Of a stretch of 64,000 bases of DNA, positions 12,605 to 25,560 are shown piece by piece. Position 1 is the stretch's first letter. Each line of letters opens with the position of its first letter. The stretch spans positions 27,280,001 through 27,344,000 of the forward strand of contig NC_135658.1 of the NCBI RefSeq assembly GCF_964188315.1. Direction: 5' to 3'. The DNA is from Podarcis muralis. Its lineage: Eukaryota. The translations under genes were made by a program, and so were the position numbers. A model generated the notes under the pieces. It did not search any database. It worked only from the letters and a program-made list of their open reading frames with translations, and had not been told where the DNA came from.

Positions 12605-15600
12605 TGTCTTGTCATTGAATTGCTTTGTCTGTAATAACTCTTTTCTTCATAATTTTAAGTAGTGTCTAATGTATTTCCGTAAACTGGTTTAGCTGTCCCA
12701 ACAGAAGTTGACAGCTACCACAGCCTTTTCCCTCTGGAGCCACTGCCACCACCCAATCGGATACAGAAAACAAGCAACTTTGGGTATATAACATCATGCT
12801 ACAAAGCTGTAAATAGCAAAGATGATCTGCCATATTGCCTTCGGAGGATACATGGTGAGGGAAATTACAAATTCTCATATTTTAAAAATTCAGTTCTACC
12901 AGTACTTAAGCCTTAAAACATTTGTGTTTCTTTGTCAATAAACCTCAAACTGGATTTAAAATCAAATTCTTCCTTTTAAATAACGGAATGGAATTGGGTA
13001 TGGCTAATAATCCATAAAGCAGGCTATGATCAGATGTGTGTTTTTTGGGTTGTGTCTTTTGCTAGCACTCTAGTACTTTAGAATAAATGTGAAAGCGACA
13101 TTAAAATAGCCAAAAATCTTTGAAATGTGAAAGATTTTCTTTCTCAGGTTTTCGTCTTGTTAACACAAAGTGCATGGTGCTGGTTGACATGTGGAAAAAA
13201 ATCCAACACTCAAACATTGTCACATTGCGAGAAGTATTCACCACTAAAGCATTTGGAGAACATTGTAAGTTTCTTATTTTTAAGATGTTAGCCAATCGTA
13301 TTGGAAGACTTGCATCAATTGCATAGCTAATTCTCACCTCGGACTTCTTTTGAAAAGCTCTTGTGTTTGCCTATGACTTCCACGCTGGAGGAGAGACTAT
13401 GATGAGCAGACACTTCAATGATCCTAGTGCTGATGCCTATTTCACAAAAAGGAAGTGGGGTAAGGCCAGCAAATGAGATCTATGTTTTTGTTTTTCCAGT
13501 GGACAAAAATTAGGGAACTACAGTTGAAGTATTGTAACTTTGCATTGTACGTAGCTTTGCTGCAATTTAGGCTTCTTGAAGTGTTCAGAACATAATGTAT
13601 ACATGGCGATTGTGCTGGTTATTGCAAACTGGTTTTGATGCTGCATTCACATTGGGCTCTCACTGTAATACTCTATTACTATAGGTAATATAGTTTGGTG
13701 GATCAGGCTGGAGGACATTACTCTCTTAGGGTAAGGCACCCCCCCCCCTCTAGTGATGACAAGCAGGGTTCTAGAAAGTCTTTTGCCTCCAAATGGGAGT
13801 CACCTCTTTTCCTTTACAGCAAAAAAACTAAAGGAAAGGGGAGAGAAAACAAAGAACCCAAAGGGGGAAAACCTGCACTAACAAAAAGGCAGGAGGAGGG
13901 GGTATCTTGCACTAAAACCCCCACATTGCTAGGGGGCAAGAGGAACAAAGGGGAATGAGAGGCAGTTAAGACATGCTAAAAGAAGATTCTCAGATTTAAG
14001 GCAAAAANNNNNNNNNNNNNNNNNNNNNNNNNNNNNNNNNNNNNNNNNNNNNNNNNNNNNNNNNNNNNNNNNNNNNNNNNNNNNNNNNNNNNNNNNNNNN
14101 NNNNNNNNNNNNNNNNNNNNNNNNNNNNNNNNNNNNNNNNNNNNNNNNNNNNNNNNNNNNNNNNCCACTTTATCACTATCCTAAGGAGTCTCAAAGCGGA
14201 TAACATTCTCCTTTCCCTTCCTCCCCCACAACAAACACTCTGTGAGGTGAGTGGGGCTGAGAGACTGCAATGAAGTGTGACTGGCCCAAGGTCACCCAGC
14301 AGCTGCATGTGGAGGAGCGGAGACGCGAACCCGGTTCCCCAGATTACAAGACTACCCTCTTAACCACTACACCACACTGGCAAGCCTCTGAGGAGAACAA
14401 GCCAGACCCAGTCATTCCCAACCACAGACTGGGTTGGCCTGATGAGTGGGGTGACCCTCCCACCAGATAGGAGGCAGAAGACTTTCTAGGACCCCACCTG
14501 TCATCACCAGAGGGAGCTGTCATTCCCTATCAGAGGAACGTCCTCCATCCCAATCCACAAACTGGAATTCACAGTAAGAATTCCCATGAAGACTAAGGTA
14601 TTCAATGCATTCGTTTTTTCACCCTGAGGACTTTTGACCGTACAGTGAAAGTTCTCTTCCCTCTTCTTTCTCCATTCACACCATAAATCTGATCTGAGTT
14701 TCTCCCAACCCTTTGGAGCTTGGTGGGTTGAGTTCAGTTGCTTGCAGTGTGGCTTGGTGTGTGTGGGGTTTTTTTTTGGGGGGGGGGTCCTAGGTTGTTG
14801 GGTCAGGTTAGCCATTTGTAATGGTGGTGTGGTTTTTTAAAAAGAGGCATTTGTACAAAGGGCAAAACTTACGGAACGGAACTGTGTGTGTGTGTGTGTG
14901 TGTGTGTGTAGAAACAGGGTTTTGTTGTAATTTTCTCATTTCCCTTAATTTGCATTTGGCAGCACAAGGCTTCATATTAAGATAGGGTCTCTTAGTACAT
15001 TGTGCTTTAAACAGCTTCATCACTTGTTAGTAAAACTGGTATTTGACAGTTAAAGGAAGAGAATTGTGGTTACATGGTGGTTTTTCCACATTGTATTCTG
15101 CTGTCACCATGTGGTTAGTCTTTTTTTGCCTTGTCATTTGTTAACACCATCCAGAATTTTATTGTCTAGGATGTGGTATAATAAAGTTTTCTGACAGATG
15201 AATGAAGGCATAACAGGTTCGGTTTATTTCTGCACTGAACACCTGTGAACCAGGGGCTAGTGGTGCCCCGGTTAACATCCCTTGAATGTGGCAGCTCCTG
15301 TTGGTTTGAGCAGGAAGTTGCTTATCTTCAAACCGGAACGAAAACCCAAACCGCTAGAGTGGAGGCAGGGGGGAGATGCAGAACTGAAAGCAAACATTTA
15401 ATGTGATCAGGCTTACTGAAAGAAACAAAATCCATTTTTTAGATGTATTATTGATTTCACACAACAGACTAAACCAGTTTTCCACAAATCCACAGCAGAT
15501 TGAAGGCAGCAGTGTGTGTTTCCTAAATTGCTGTGTTTTGTAGTTACTAAAAGTATTTCCTCATTCAGTATTGCTTGTGTAAAGATCCTCACTTTTGTCA

Positions 15601-18600
15601 GGCTAAAAGTAGAAAGCTTATTCCGGAAATGCTGTATTTCTGTGTGCACTTGAGAGGCATTTGTATGCACATCTGTGTGACCCATCAAGGTCGGTTAGAT
15701 TATAATTGTTTGAAGACCCTCGCGCAAGTATGGCAAACTAAAGGAGGGGGGGATACTCCCTGTAGTTAAAAATGCATTTCAAGGGGGTTGTTGCAGGAGA
15801 AAGGTCATGCCCAATAGTATGTTTGCAGTGCAAAGTAGCTAAACTGCTCTGGTACCAAACACCAAAGCTGCTCTTCAAACCTGGGGTACTAAAGAGCTAT
15901 TTGTGGGAAGTCATCCTTGAGTGGAATTCCTCTTGAGGGCAATGTTCATGATACATGCCTTTGAATCACAACTCAGATCTACATTGTATTTGGGCTTCAT
16001 TATTCACAGTTCTAGGGACGTGGGTGGCACTGTGGGTTAAACCACAGAGCCTAGGGCTTGCCAACCAGAAGGTCGGCGGTTTGAATCCCCACGACGGGGT
16101 GAGCTCCCGTTGCTCAGTCCCTGCTCCTGCCAACCTACCAGTTCGAAAGCACGTCAAAGTGCAAGTAGATAAATAGGTACCGCTCCAGCAGGAAGGTAAA
16201 CGGCGTTTCCATGTGCTGCTCTGGTTCGCCAGAAGTGGTTTAGTCATGCTGGCCACATGACCTGGAAGCTGTCTGCGGACAAACGCCGGCTCCCTCGGCC
16301 AATAAAGCGAGATGAGCGCCGCAACCCCAGAGTCGGTCACGACTGGACCTAATGGTCAGGGGTCCCTTTACCTTATTCACAGTTCTGGCGTTAACAAACA
16401 CACCCAAACACCATTCCTTTTCTTCAGAACTCAGGTCGTATTAACCTGCTTGGCTATCTTTGAAAAACATGGGGAGTTTTTGAAAGATAATAGCTGTAGT
16501 ATATTGCCAGAAGTACATATTTCCTCAGCAAAGTGCTTGATTCATTGAAAGGCTCTTAAAGGGTTACTGTCAAACAACAGTCATGAAACAAAACCCTAGG
16601 ATGAAAAACGTGAAGCGTTCCAAATCTAATGAGTCATAGTATTTGTTGCTTGTGTATTTGAGCATATGTTTTAAACATGCGATGGGATTTGGGTTCATTA
16701 ACTTGGATACCTTTTTTGTTTTTATATGGAAATACAGAAACAACATTGCTTCTGATGTAGTATGAATAGGGGCTTTGGCAGTGTATGTTTGCTTCTTTTG
16801 CTGCTTGCTTGGTACATTTGAAGAGCCCTGCTCGCTGTCAGGCCAGTAGCCCATCTAATCCAGTCTGACATAATATATAACTAGAAATGCTTGTGATAAG
16901 GTCACAAGCAGGGCGTGGTGCCAGTAATGCTGCCCCTTTGCTGCCATCCAGCAACTGGTGCTCAGTGGCACACTGCCTTAAACATTAATATTCTACTAAG
17001 CCATCTTTGCTAATAGCAATTTATGGGTAAACAAATGTATAATCCCCCTTTAAAGCTGCTTAAGCCGGTGGACGGTGCCACATCTTGTGGCAGCCAGTAC
17101 CAAAAATTAATTATGATACACTAAGGGATTGTAGCTGCACAATAAAATTCCAGCTTTATACATTGTGTCTTACAATTAAAAGTAAAACAAAACAGCAGCT
17201 GTAATTGGGTTGGGTGTTCTTACAATTGCCAGTTGCTTTGAAATAAAGCAGATAATGATTTTAATTAGCATTTTGAAAGAACTTTTGTATTCATTATCCA
17301 AACACTTACACAGCTGAAAGTTGTAGATTTCATTCATTTTCTCCCATTCTTCTGATAGGTCAGCATGATGGACCTTTGCCTCGGCAACATGCGGGGTTGT
17401 TGCCAGAATCCCTGATTTGGGCCTACATTGTGCAGCTCAGCTCTGCATTGCGGACCATTCATACAGCAGGATTGGCCTGTCGGGTGATGGACCCCACCAA
17501 GATTCTGGTAACTGGAAAAACAAGGTAACATGAAACACGTTTTACCATTGCATTGTTGGTAATCCAAGGTGGTGAAGCCAGCTAAATTTCAGGAACATAG
17601 ATGCAGAGCTTCTCCCCAAGGGCAAGCTTGTTTTGGAGCAAAAAAATAGAAATGGCGCTAGTCTCCTAGTTTGTGAAAACTGTAGTCATGAAACCTGCCA
17701 AAGTTCAATTGAACAAAGCCAGAGGCTATCGTGCTAGGTGATTTTACATTCATTTTAAAATACTGGCTAAGTCTTGTCTGGTTGTAGCTGGTTTTTTCTC
17801 ACTGTCCTTGCCCCTTCCTGAAAGTATGTTCTGTGAAATAAAATAAAAAAAGGAGAGAGCTATGATTTTTGTTTGTTAGGAAAAAAATGATTTGGAAAGA
17901 AGGCCACCCAGATAGTCCAACTCTGCCACTTGCACGTTTATTCTCACAGTCAAAACATCCCTCCCCCTTATCACTCTGATTGGAGGGTCCCCAGAAAATA
18001 AATCACTGTGATTCAAAGTTACACCTGTTCATCAGAACGAAAGATCCCCCACAGACACACTCAGAAATTTAGGGAGTCTCTTATCCGACTCAAGACACCT
18101 TGAGAACCTTTCCTGCATCATCCCAATTTTCCACATAGTTTGGGTGTGCACAGAGTCAGTGCACCCTCCTTCTACCCTCGCAGATTGATAAACAGTTGGC
18201 ATTAATACCAGTTTGTTAGCAAAACTTTGCTGATGTAACTAAAGAAGTCGCAGAGCAAGTCTAACAAGCAGACTAAGGAGTTTTATAATTCTATTCTTTA
18301 TATAACCCTTCTCCCATCAAGGTTGCGAGTGAACTGCGTTGGAGTCTTTGATGTGTTAACATTTGATAACAGCCAAAACAATCCCCTGGCCCTCATGGCC
18401 CAGTATCAGGTAAGATCACAATATTGTCCCCTTTACTTCATGTTATTTGGTTAGTGAATATTCATCAATGATTGCATTATTTTTATATTGCTTTTTCCCT
18501 TCCTTAAGAACATTTGGTGTTGACATGCTTTTCTTTACTCTGTACATTTGCTTTCTTTGAGAAGTGCAACTGGATGAACTTTATTAAAGCAGCCTCCTCT

Positions 18601-21600
18601 ACTGGTAGCATTAAAACATAAAAGATTTGCCTTTGCATATAGGCAAGGACTGCCATTCATTAGTTGCCATTACAATTTATGCAGCACTAGCAGTGCTTTG
18701 CAAAGTTTTGGAAGCAAAATGCAGGCAAGTCCCTGTCTCTGTAACGAACTTACAATTTAAGATAGAGAGTGCATGGAAAACAGATTAGAGCAAAGGATAG
18801 TGAGGGATACATTTGAATCAGTGATATCAAACTTGGGTATATTGTGCATAAATTAAAAGAAATGTCTCATCCTTTCTAAAACCCTCTTCAACAACAACCA
18901 ATAATGGGAGATGGGAGGAAGTCTAGCTGATTCTCAGAACTAAAGAAACACCTTAGCTTTGTCAACAACAATCATACTAACTTCTTCCAGATGGAATGGA
19001 GAGCATGCAAGTTTGCCATAAAACCAAATTGTTTTTTCTTCTTTTTTCTTAACTTTCCACTAAATGAAAAACACCTCAGTCCAGCCGGTAAAGCACAATA
19101 TATATTGTTAAGTTTACAACTGTTTTACGTGTTCACCTCTTTGTTTGGAAAGGATTCTCTTCACCTGTTGGCAGAAAAGTGAGAGGGCTGTGTAGGTAGG
19201 CATACGTACTTTTGACATCAACTTTAGGAAAATAGGGCCAATTGTTCCTGTGAAGTACTGCATTCAAGAAGCCAATTAATTGTTTTAAGACTTGAAACTT
19301 GAAGTGCCGCTATATGCTTTTGCAATGCATATATTTGTAAATTTAATTTTTAAAAAAATCTGAAAAGAATATTTAGCTTTCCAAGATATGTATAGTTGCT
19401 TGAAGTGTAAGTTAAGGGAGAGGGTGGGAGAAAGGAAACTGGATGTTGAGATTGATGGAGAATAGTGAATTGACCTGTTCACAGCCCTAGTAGCTTATAG
19501 TAAGTGTTCTAAAAGGGGAATAACGTTTGTGGGGAGGGACACATGTCCTGAGGTTAATGTGCTCCCCGCCTTGCACTGTACACTTTCGGGTGGAAAGAAA
19601 GAGAAAACGCCATGGTTCTCACTCTCCAAAGGCCTCCTCTCCTTAAACAACTATTTAAATGCACAGATTCAGGGCTGGCTGTCGGCACCAAACAAAGCCC
19701 TCTAGCTTTGCATAGCACAGCAAAGAAAAAAGTATCAGAACAGAAAAAATGAATTTCCTTCTTTTCTCCCCTCCCCCTCCATAGTGATGCAAATTGGGTA
19801 AAGGAGAGAGTTTTAAGTGGAGCTGAACTTGACTATATGGCATCATATTTCTTAAAAGAAACATATGTGATGAAGTGGTTTGTGATAATTTTTTCAGTTT
19901 TGAGCATTATGATAAATTGGTCCCATCTAAGGTATTCTTTTTTTTCCAATGCTAGGAAAGCTAATGATATTCTACTGACCCTGGTTAGACTTATTTGTTC
20001 ACTTTTCTTTAGCAAGCAGACTTGATCTCCCTTGGGAAGGTGGTGTTGTCTTTGGCTTGCAATTCTCTGGCAGGAATTCAGAGGGAGAATTTGCAGAAAG
20101 CAATGGAACTGGTGACAATCAACTATTCCTCTGATTTGAAGAATCTTATTTTGTAAGTTACTTTGAAATCAACTTATTTTAAAACTAGGTTAAAACGTGC
20201 CAGTGACAATTTGCTTACGGTTTGTTCATGCACATTGTTAAATTGGGAGTGGCGGTTCATGGGATGTTTCTACATCGAATGTGTGTGCACAAGATCCTCT
20301 CTAGCATGATAACTTGTACCTTGGTACAGCACCTATGTGGAAGGATTTCTGTATGATTGTTCAGATATAGAGAGGGATGGCGGTGAGTGGGGAAGGTGTA
20401 GGAACAAAATTTATTTACCCTCCTAATTAGGAACATTGTGTAGCTGAATCTCTTGAGTTACTGTTGACTTGTACTGAAATTAGCATGAACTTAAAAAAAA
20501 TTCTTGTCCTTAACCTCGAACTTAAGCATTTTTCAGATCCTAATATATTTGTTAGACAGAGGGGCTTCTCGGTAGTGGCGCCCACCCTGTGGAACACCCT
20601 CCCTTCAGATGTGAAGGAAATAAGCAGCTATCCTATTTTTAAAAGACATCTGAAGGCAGCCCTGTTCAGGGAAGTTTTTAATATTCAATGCTGTACTGTT
20701 TTTAACACTTGATTGGGAGCCGCCCAGAGTGGCTAGGGAAACTCAGCCAGATGGGTGGGGTATAAATAATAAATTATGATTATGATTATGATTATATTGG
20801 AATTCAAATTCCCATTCTGCCATGAGGCAGTCACAACCTATTCTGCCTTACAATATTGTTGTGAGGATAAAACATGGGAACCAGGTGTGCTGCCTGAAGT
20901 TCTTGGAAGAAGAGCAGGATAAAAGGAAAAATGGAAAACAACTTTGCAGTACATCATCAGCCAGTCACATAAATATAGCCTTGAATGTCACCTCCTAATG
21001 GTGCTACTGTCTTTCACATAGCTGCAGTGGTGTTAAATGTTCTGTATATGAAGTAGAGCTTTGTGCCATATTTTCACTTTTATAGATTAATAAAATTAGC
21101 TTTCACAGATGGAACCTCTTTTAAAAGAAACTTATTTCTTTAGCCCTGTTTTTAAAGTAACTTTTAAAAACTGCCTTGTTAGGTATTTGCTGACTGACCA
21201 AAACAGGCTTCGAAGTGTAAATGATATCATGCCTATGATTGGTGCAAGATTCTATACTCAATTGGATGCTGCCCAAATGAGAAATGATGTAATAGAAGAA
21301 GACCTTGCAAAGGTAAATGCAAAGATAGTGCACATTCATCTCTATTTTCTTAGGGAAGCTGATATTGCCAACAGGTTCCCAAAGTCTGTAAATGTAGTAC
21401 GATTGAGACCTGCCATCCTGCCATAGGGTGATGTACCCATCTGCCCCTACCCCCCACCCCCGTTGCTGTTTAAATGATAAGGCATTTGGGAAGATACTGT
21501 GTTACAGATCAGTGGTTTTCCAGCCTCAGAGTCTCCACAAATTTCACTTTGATCCATACATATTCACATACCTCATTGGCTAATAATCCTATTTGGTGGA

Positions 21601-24600
21601 ATGGTAAAGCTATTAACTTCTGCCCATTTTAGAAAGGCAATGGTGAGATGCAAGGTATCTCAGCTAAGATGCTAACTGGCTGGCAGTGTTTGAAACTCCC
21701 ATTTTTCTAGACGCATTTTGAGATAGGGAATTTCATTAGCACGAGCAGTTTCTGAGCTTTGGATACAGTACTGTGCCTAAGATTTAGGTTCAAACTACAG
21801 AGTGGAAGGAAAGGAAGACCTTTTCCTGCCTTCCCACTTCCACCTACTCGCTGAAGACTAGAGAAGAGACCCTCTTAAGAATATTAGGGGGGTGGGCAGG
21901 GGAAGGACTAGACCATGTGAAAAATGAACATAATGTTTTAGCTGCAGTTCATTCATTTTCAGCTTCGTATTGTTGTTATGAAAAACCGCGCCTAGACATT
22001 CCGTTGCTGTGCCCATAACCTAGGTTTAAGGTGCCATTTAGCTCCTAGCTTTCATATCTCAGTTTCTAACACTGCCTGCCGAAGGGCACCTTGCCCTGCA
22101 GCGGTCTTCAAATAACAGCACTGATTGGAGCTCAAAATGGATCTTGGAGGCATGATGGAAATCGCTGCCCAGTGCTGTGATACAGCTTTCTGAAAAAATG
22201 AAGGCAAACCTACTACTTAGATCATAAAGATGTGGAAGTATATGAAAGTATACTAGTCCTCTTCTGTTCTCCTGTGATTATCAAGCAAGGTGTGATTTCC
22301 TGAATAGTCTTTTTTAAGATTAAAAATAGTTAAGGAGGTCTTTCTCCATTTTGTATGGAGTGCAAAAACTTAAGTTGAACTAAGTCCTCATTAAAATCAA
22401 CACGACAGACATTATTTAAGTCCCATTGCTTTCAGTGAAATGTAAGTTTTATTCCTCCCCTCCCCCCGATCTAACTATATGGTTATTTGATTATAATTTA
22501 TACTTTTAATAGAAGAGCAAAATATAAATAGTGATTGTCAAGCTTTTATTTTTCTCTTGTCATTTAGGAAGTTCAGAATGGAAGATTATTTCGGCTTCTT
22601 GCAAAATTGGGAACAATCAATGAGAGGCCAGAGTAAGGAATTCAGCATTTTCTGCATCAGTGTGTTATAAAGAGGCACCACAAAGAGTCTTGAATGTTCA
22701 CGCATGATGATGGACTTGCAAAGTATAGAAGCCTCTGAAAGATGGGCTAGGTTACTTTGGTCAATTTGGTAGCACACTGTCCAGAACTTCTTTGTATGTG
22801 AATATGTGTTTACCACTCACTTTTCAGTTGGATAATAGAAACTGGTTTGAGGCTTGTCTGAAGATAGAGAATTACTAGTGTAAGGTGATGTTTCATAAGT
22901 TGCAAGATTCCAAACGATTTTAAAACTCCAAACTATTGGTGCATTCTTGGGAAGGTATTTCAGTTTTTTCTCCCAACAGCAGCAAATACTCTCCAAGTGC
23001 ATACAGTTGCTACAGTGCCAACTCTGGAGACTGGGAACAGTAATTGATAATTGTAGAGATTGCATTCTCCTGGACACTGTAAGTCTGACCTCAATGACTA
23101 ATGATGCCAAATGTAACCTTAAGCAATAGATTGTTTCATCCAGAGCATTAGGAACTGGTAGGGATCCCCCCCCCCCGCTTAAAAACCTTATTAACCTGGT
23201 TTTCAAAATCAGCGAAATTATGATATCAGGAAAGAGATGTGCAGCATAGTTGCTTAAGATGCTTTTAGCCCCATGAAAATATTGTTTTTAATTTTAAACT
23301 CTGGACTGAAGGGTGTATCACACATTCCTCCTTCTTAAATTGTGGTGGGGAATAGCTTGCTACAAAGCAGAAACTTCTTCAGAAAACACTTAGTCTGAGA
23401 TGTTTATGAACTTGTACTAAGCAACACAAAACGCTCTGTTTTACAATAGATTTCAGAAGGACCCAACATGGTCAGAAACTGGAGACAGATACCTCCTGAA
23501 GCTGTTTAGGGATCATCTTTTTCATCAGGTGACAGAAACGGGCACTCCTTGGATAGACCTCAGTCACATTATCTCTTGTCTTAACAAGGTAAATGAGTGA
23601 CTGTATTTTACATTTATTGCAGATAAACTATGTAACTAGTCTGTCTTTCCTCCTCCTGTTATTTTTAATTGGGCTGCAAGCAAGTTGTCTTAAAGCAGAT
23701 ATGGTTCTCAGATTGGTCTTCAGCTGTGTGTGCAGGTGAGTTCACACGGTGTGCATGGTGGCGCTGTTAAAATGCCCTAGGTGTCAGTGGTGCAAATGAG
23801 TGCTTCATTGGCTGCATCAGAAGCAATGTTTGCATGTGAGACACACTGGCCTGGCTCAGATAGGACACTAAACCCTACCTTTGTGGTACAGTGATGCATT
23901 GCAGGGAGCCTTGGACTTGCCTGCTCCCCTCTTCATCTGTGTTTTAAAACTAACTGGCTCTACATCTGTCAAGGACAAATTGTTTGTAGTTTAAACTGTG
24001 GTTTATTGAAATATGCCAGGATCAAACCGTAGTTTCTGACCATGAATTGTTTCCATAAAAACCGTAGTTTAAACCTACCAGTTTGTTTTTGTCAGATGTG
24101 ACAAACTGTGCTCAGCTTAAAAAGCAAATTCTTCCAGTTTGGTAGCTTCACTGGAGGAGGAGAAAGGAGGAAGGGGAGCATCAGCTCAAAGGTAAACCAG
24201 GCTTTCCCCCGTTGTGCTGCTAAACCAGGCACCCCCAAACTCGGTCTTCCAGATGTTTTGGGACTACAACTCCCATCATCCCTGACCACTGGTCCTGTTA
24301 GCTAGGGATGATGGGAGTTGTAGTCCCCAAACATCTGGAGTTTGGCCAAGTTTGGGGGTTCCTGTGCTAAGTTGTGGTTTAGCTTTACATCTGAACCCTG
24401 ACCTCTCTTGTACATATTCAGTGAAAATTCTATTGTTGTGTCTAGTTCAAAATGGTTGACCTCTTACCATTAAATTTAGAAGCTGATAGGGATCTCTTCG
24501 TTCAATTTAGACTTTGAGGAACAAAATGCCCAATGCACTTAGACTAGACCAATCCCTATCTTTTCCCAGTCCACTTGCCCTAAAGCTATTTGTTGTGTTG

Positions 24601-25560
24601 TGCTGTGTGGTTTATGAATGATTATTGCCTGTTTGACTTTTCCCACTTGTCGTGTAATCTTGCATATGGAAAGCTACTACATGCTGAACGATTTTGAGGG
24701 TCCTTTCAGCGAATCCTATAGTTTTAACTGTGCACTGTGTGACAAAGTACTTTCTTTTGTCCTGAATCTTTCATTGGATGGCCCTGGGATCTAGTATTAT
24801 GAGGGGGAGAAAAACATCTCCATCCATTCCCCCCTCACACACAGAATTCTATACAGCTCTATCATAACCCCTCCTTACTTACTCTCCCCCCCACCACCAA
24901 TAAAAAGCTCCAAATAGTGCAACCTTTCCTCATAGGGGAGTTGCTCCAGCCCCTTGATGGTTTTGGTTGCCCTTCTTCACCTTTCCACAGTATACTTTCT
25001 GAGGTATGGTGACCATTATTACGCATCATTGAAATTGCAGGTATGCCATAGATCTGGATAATGACATTATGACATGGGCAGCTTTATTTTCAATCCCTTC
25101 CCTAGCAAGCCCTAATTTACCCTTTTCGCAGCTGTCACATCCTGGGCCGATATTTTTATTGAGCTGCCCACCCCTGCCCCCACCACATTTCCTTCTCGTG
25201 CTGCCTCAGAGGGGTTCCCAAACTCCTGGAGCAGATTTTTAGCAGGCACCCGAGGCTGCAAGGAGACGTTGATCAGAGTTGCAGGCCGAACTCTATATTC
25301 AGGATGCTCCCACCACATGAGCACACCCAAGATCCCAGCCAAAACCATTAGTTTTGTGAATATGGTATCAAGTCCTACTATATGAGTATAAATGGAATTT
25401 TTCTGCCCTTTGATTTCAGCTAGATGCTGGTGTGCCAGAAAAAATAAGCCTCATTTCCAGAGATGAGAAGAGTGTACTTGTGGTGACGTATAGTGACCTA
25501 AAACGCTGCTTTGAAAATACTTTTCAAGAACTGATTGCAGCCGCGAACGGCCAGTTGTAG
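3798..25560 (+). CDS. PAN3: PAN3 (PAN2-PAN3 deadenylase regulatory subunit): spliced CDS, last 14 coding exons; 5' exons lie upstream of the window
   Basis: 14 GT-AG exons join in frame. The peptide runs from [14 protein letters not shown] to [10 protein letters not shown], matching vertebrate PAN3 (low-complexity region, pseudokinase, coiled coil, C-terminal knob). Tail-to-tail with FLT1, as in the known vertebrate synteny. Confidence 0.97.
4442..4627. mobile_element. Non-autonomous hAT element (MITE), 186 bp
   Basis: TIRs CAGGGGTAGTCAA / TTGACAACCCCTG and a perfect 8-bp TSD GACTAGAT (4434-4441, 4628-4635). Confidence 0.88.
5190..5250 (+). mobile_element. L2-type LINE 3' tail remnant
   Basis: atcaccctgag...gggcggtatgtaaatctaataaataaaataa resembles the tails at 20760 and 58600. 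Confidence 0.55.
6057..6092. repeat. (GTAT)9 microsatellite
   Basis: Read directly. Confidence 0.95.
7428..7675 (+). CDS. PAN3: PAN3 coding exon (2 of 14), 248 bp
   Basis: taag|GAATG...GGAATG|gtgag; [32 protein letters not shown]...[18 protein letters not shown] (ORF track 7430). Confidence 0.95.
9700..9804 (+). CDS. PAN3: PAN3 coding exon (3 of 14), 105 bp
   Basis: aatag|GTG...CAG|gtaag; [35 protein letters not shown]. Confidence 0.95.
11535..11592 (+). CDS. PAN3: PAN3 coding exon (4 of 14), 58 bp
   Basis: tatag|GAG...CCTG|gtaag; [19 protein letters not shown]. Confidence 0.95.
12559..12602. repeat. (GT)22 microsatellite
   Basis: Read directly. Confidence 0.95.
12693..12854 (+). CDS. PAN3: PAN3 coding exon (5 of 14), 162 bp
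   Basis: tttag|CT...CATG|gtgag; [53 protein letters not shown]. Confidence 0.95.
13148..13264 (+). CDS. PAN3: PAN3 coding exon (6 of 14), 117 bp
   Basis: ctcag|GT...CATT|gtaag; [38 protein letters not shown]. Confidence 0.95.
13358..13459 (+). CDS. PAN3: PAN3 coding exon (7 of 14), 102 bp, after a 93-bp intron
   Basis: aaaag|CT...TGGG|gtaag; [33 protein letters not shown]. Confidence 0.94.
14008..14164. other. Assembly gap (157 N)
   Basis: Run of N; abuts the 3' tail side of a SINE whose sibling copy has a (GAA)n tail. Confidence 0.99.
14165..14380 (-). mobile_element. tRNA-derived (MIR/CORE-like) SINE; tail lost in the gap
   Basis: Minus-strand head GCCAGTGTGGTGTAGTGGTTAAGAG with B-box-like GGTTCGCGTCT; nearly identical to 54760-55025. 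Confidence 0.82.
14883..14909. repeat. (TG)13 microsatellite
   Basis: Read directly. Confidence 0.95.
16015..16374 (+). mobile_element. Full-length Sauria SINE
   Basis: tRNA-like head (GGTGGCACTGTGG...GGTTTGAATCCC), Bov-B-like end with CCTTTACCTT tail, and a 14-bp TSD TTATTCACAGTTCT (16000-16013, 16373-16386). Confidence 0.9.
17359..17524 (+). CDS. PAN3: PAN3 coding exon (8 of 14), 166 bp
   Basis: gatag|GT...AAG|gtaac; [54 protein letters not shown]. Confidence 0.95.
18322..18409 (+). CDS. PAN3: PAN3 coding exon (9 of 14), 88 bp
   Basis: tcaag|G...CAG|gtaag; [29 protein letters not shown]. Confidence 0.95.
20013..20152 (+). CDS. PAN3: PAN3 coding exon (10 of 14), 140 bp
   Basis: tttag|CAA...TT|gtaag; [46 protein letters not shown]. 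Confidence 0.95.
20553..20797 (+). mobile_element. L2 LINE 3' fragment
   Basis: [15 protein letters not shown]...[10 protein letters not shown] (L2 ORF2 C-terminus), then a 3' UTR and an (ATTATG)n tail. Confidence 0.85.
21183..21312 (+). CDS. PAN3: PAN3 coding exon (11 of 14), 130 bp
   Basis: gttag|G...AAG|gtaaa; [43 protein letters not shown]. Confidence 0.95.
22568..22632 (+). CDS. PAN3: PAN3 coding exon (12 of 14), 65 bp
   Basis: tttag|GAA...GA|gtaag; [21 protein letters not shown]. Confidence 0.95.
23450..23588 (+). CDS. PAN3: PAN3 coding exon (13 of 14), 139 bp
   Basis: aatag|A...AAG|gtaaa; [46 protein letters not shown]. Confidence 0.95.
24226..24364. mobile_element. Palindromic hAT-type MITE (~139 bp)
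   Basis: The whole element folds back (ggactacaactcccatcatccct / agggatgatgggagttgtagtcc); 8-bp TSD-like tgctaaac/tgctaagt. Confidence 0.82.
24700..25345 (-). mobile_element. Degenerate CR1-type LINE 3' region
   Basis: Resembles (from memory) the reverse strand of squamate CR1 ORF2 C-terminus; no open frame. Confidence 0.5.
25420..25560 (+). CDS. PAN3: PAN3 last coding exon (14 of 14), 141 bp including TAG
   Basis: ttcag|CTA...TTG TAG; [46 protein letters not shown]. Confidence 0.96.
   Translation, partial: LDAGVPEKISLISRDEKSVLVVTYSDLKRCFENTFQELIAAANGQL

Larger units (their letters stand above)
13727..14529. mobile_element. Putative DNA transposon/fold-back element with ~80-bp terminal inverted repeats, interrupted by a SINE and a gap
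   Basis: 13727-13804 is the reverse complement (about 75-80% identity by eye) of 14450-14529. Confidence 0.6.

Noticed and set aside
13929-14308. ORFs containing X runs
   Set aside because: Artefacts of the 157-N gap
16015-16095. tRNA genes (also near 14300-14380, 54950-55026, 60063-60120)
   Set aside because: These are SINE heads with A/B-box remnants continuous with SINE bodies, not complete cloverleafs
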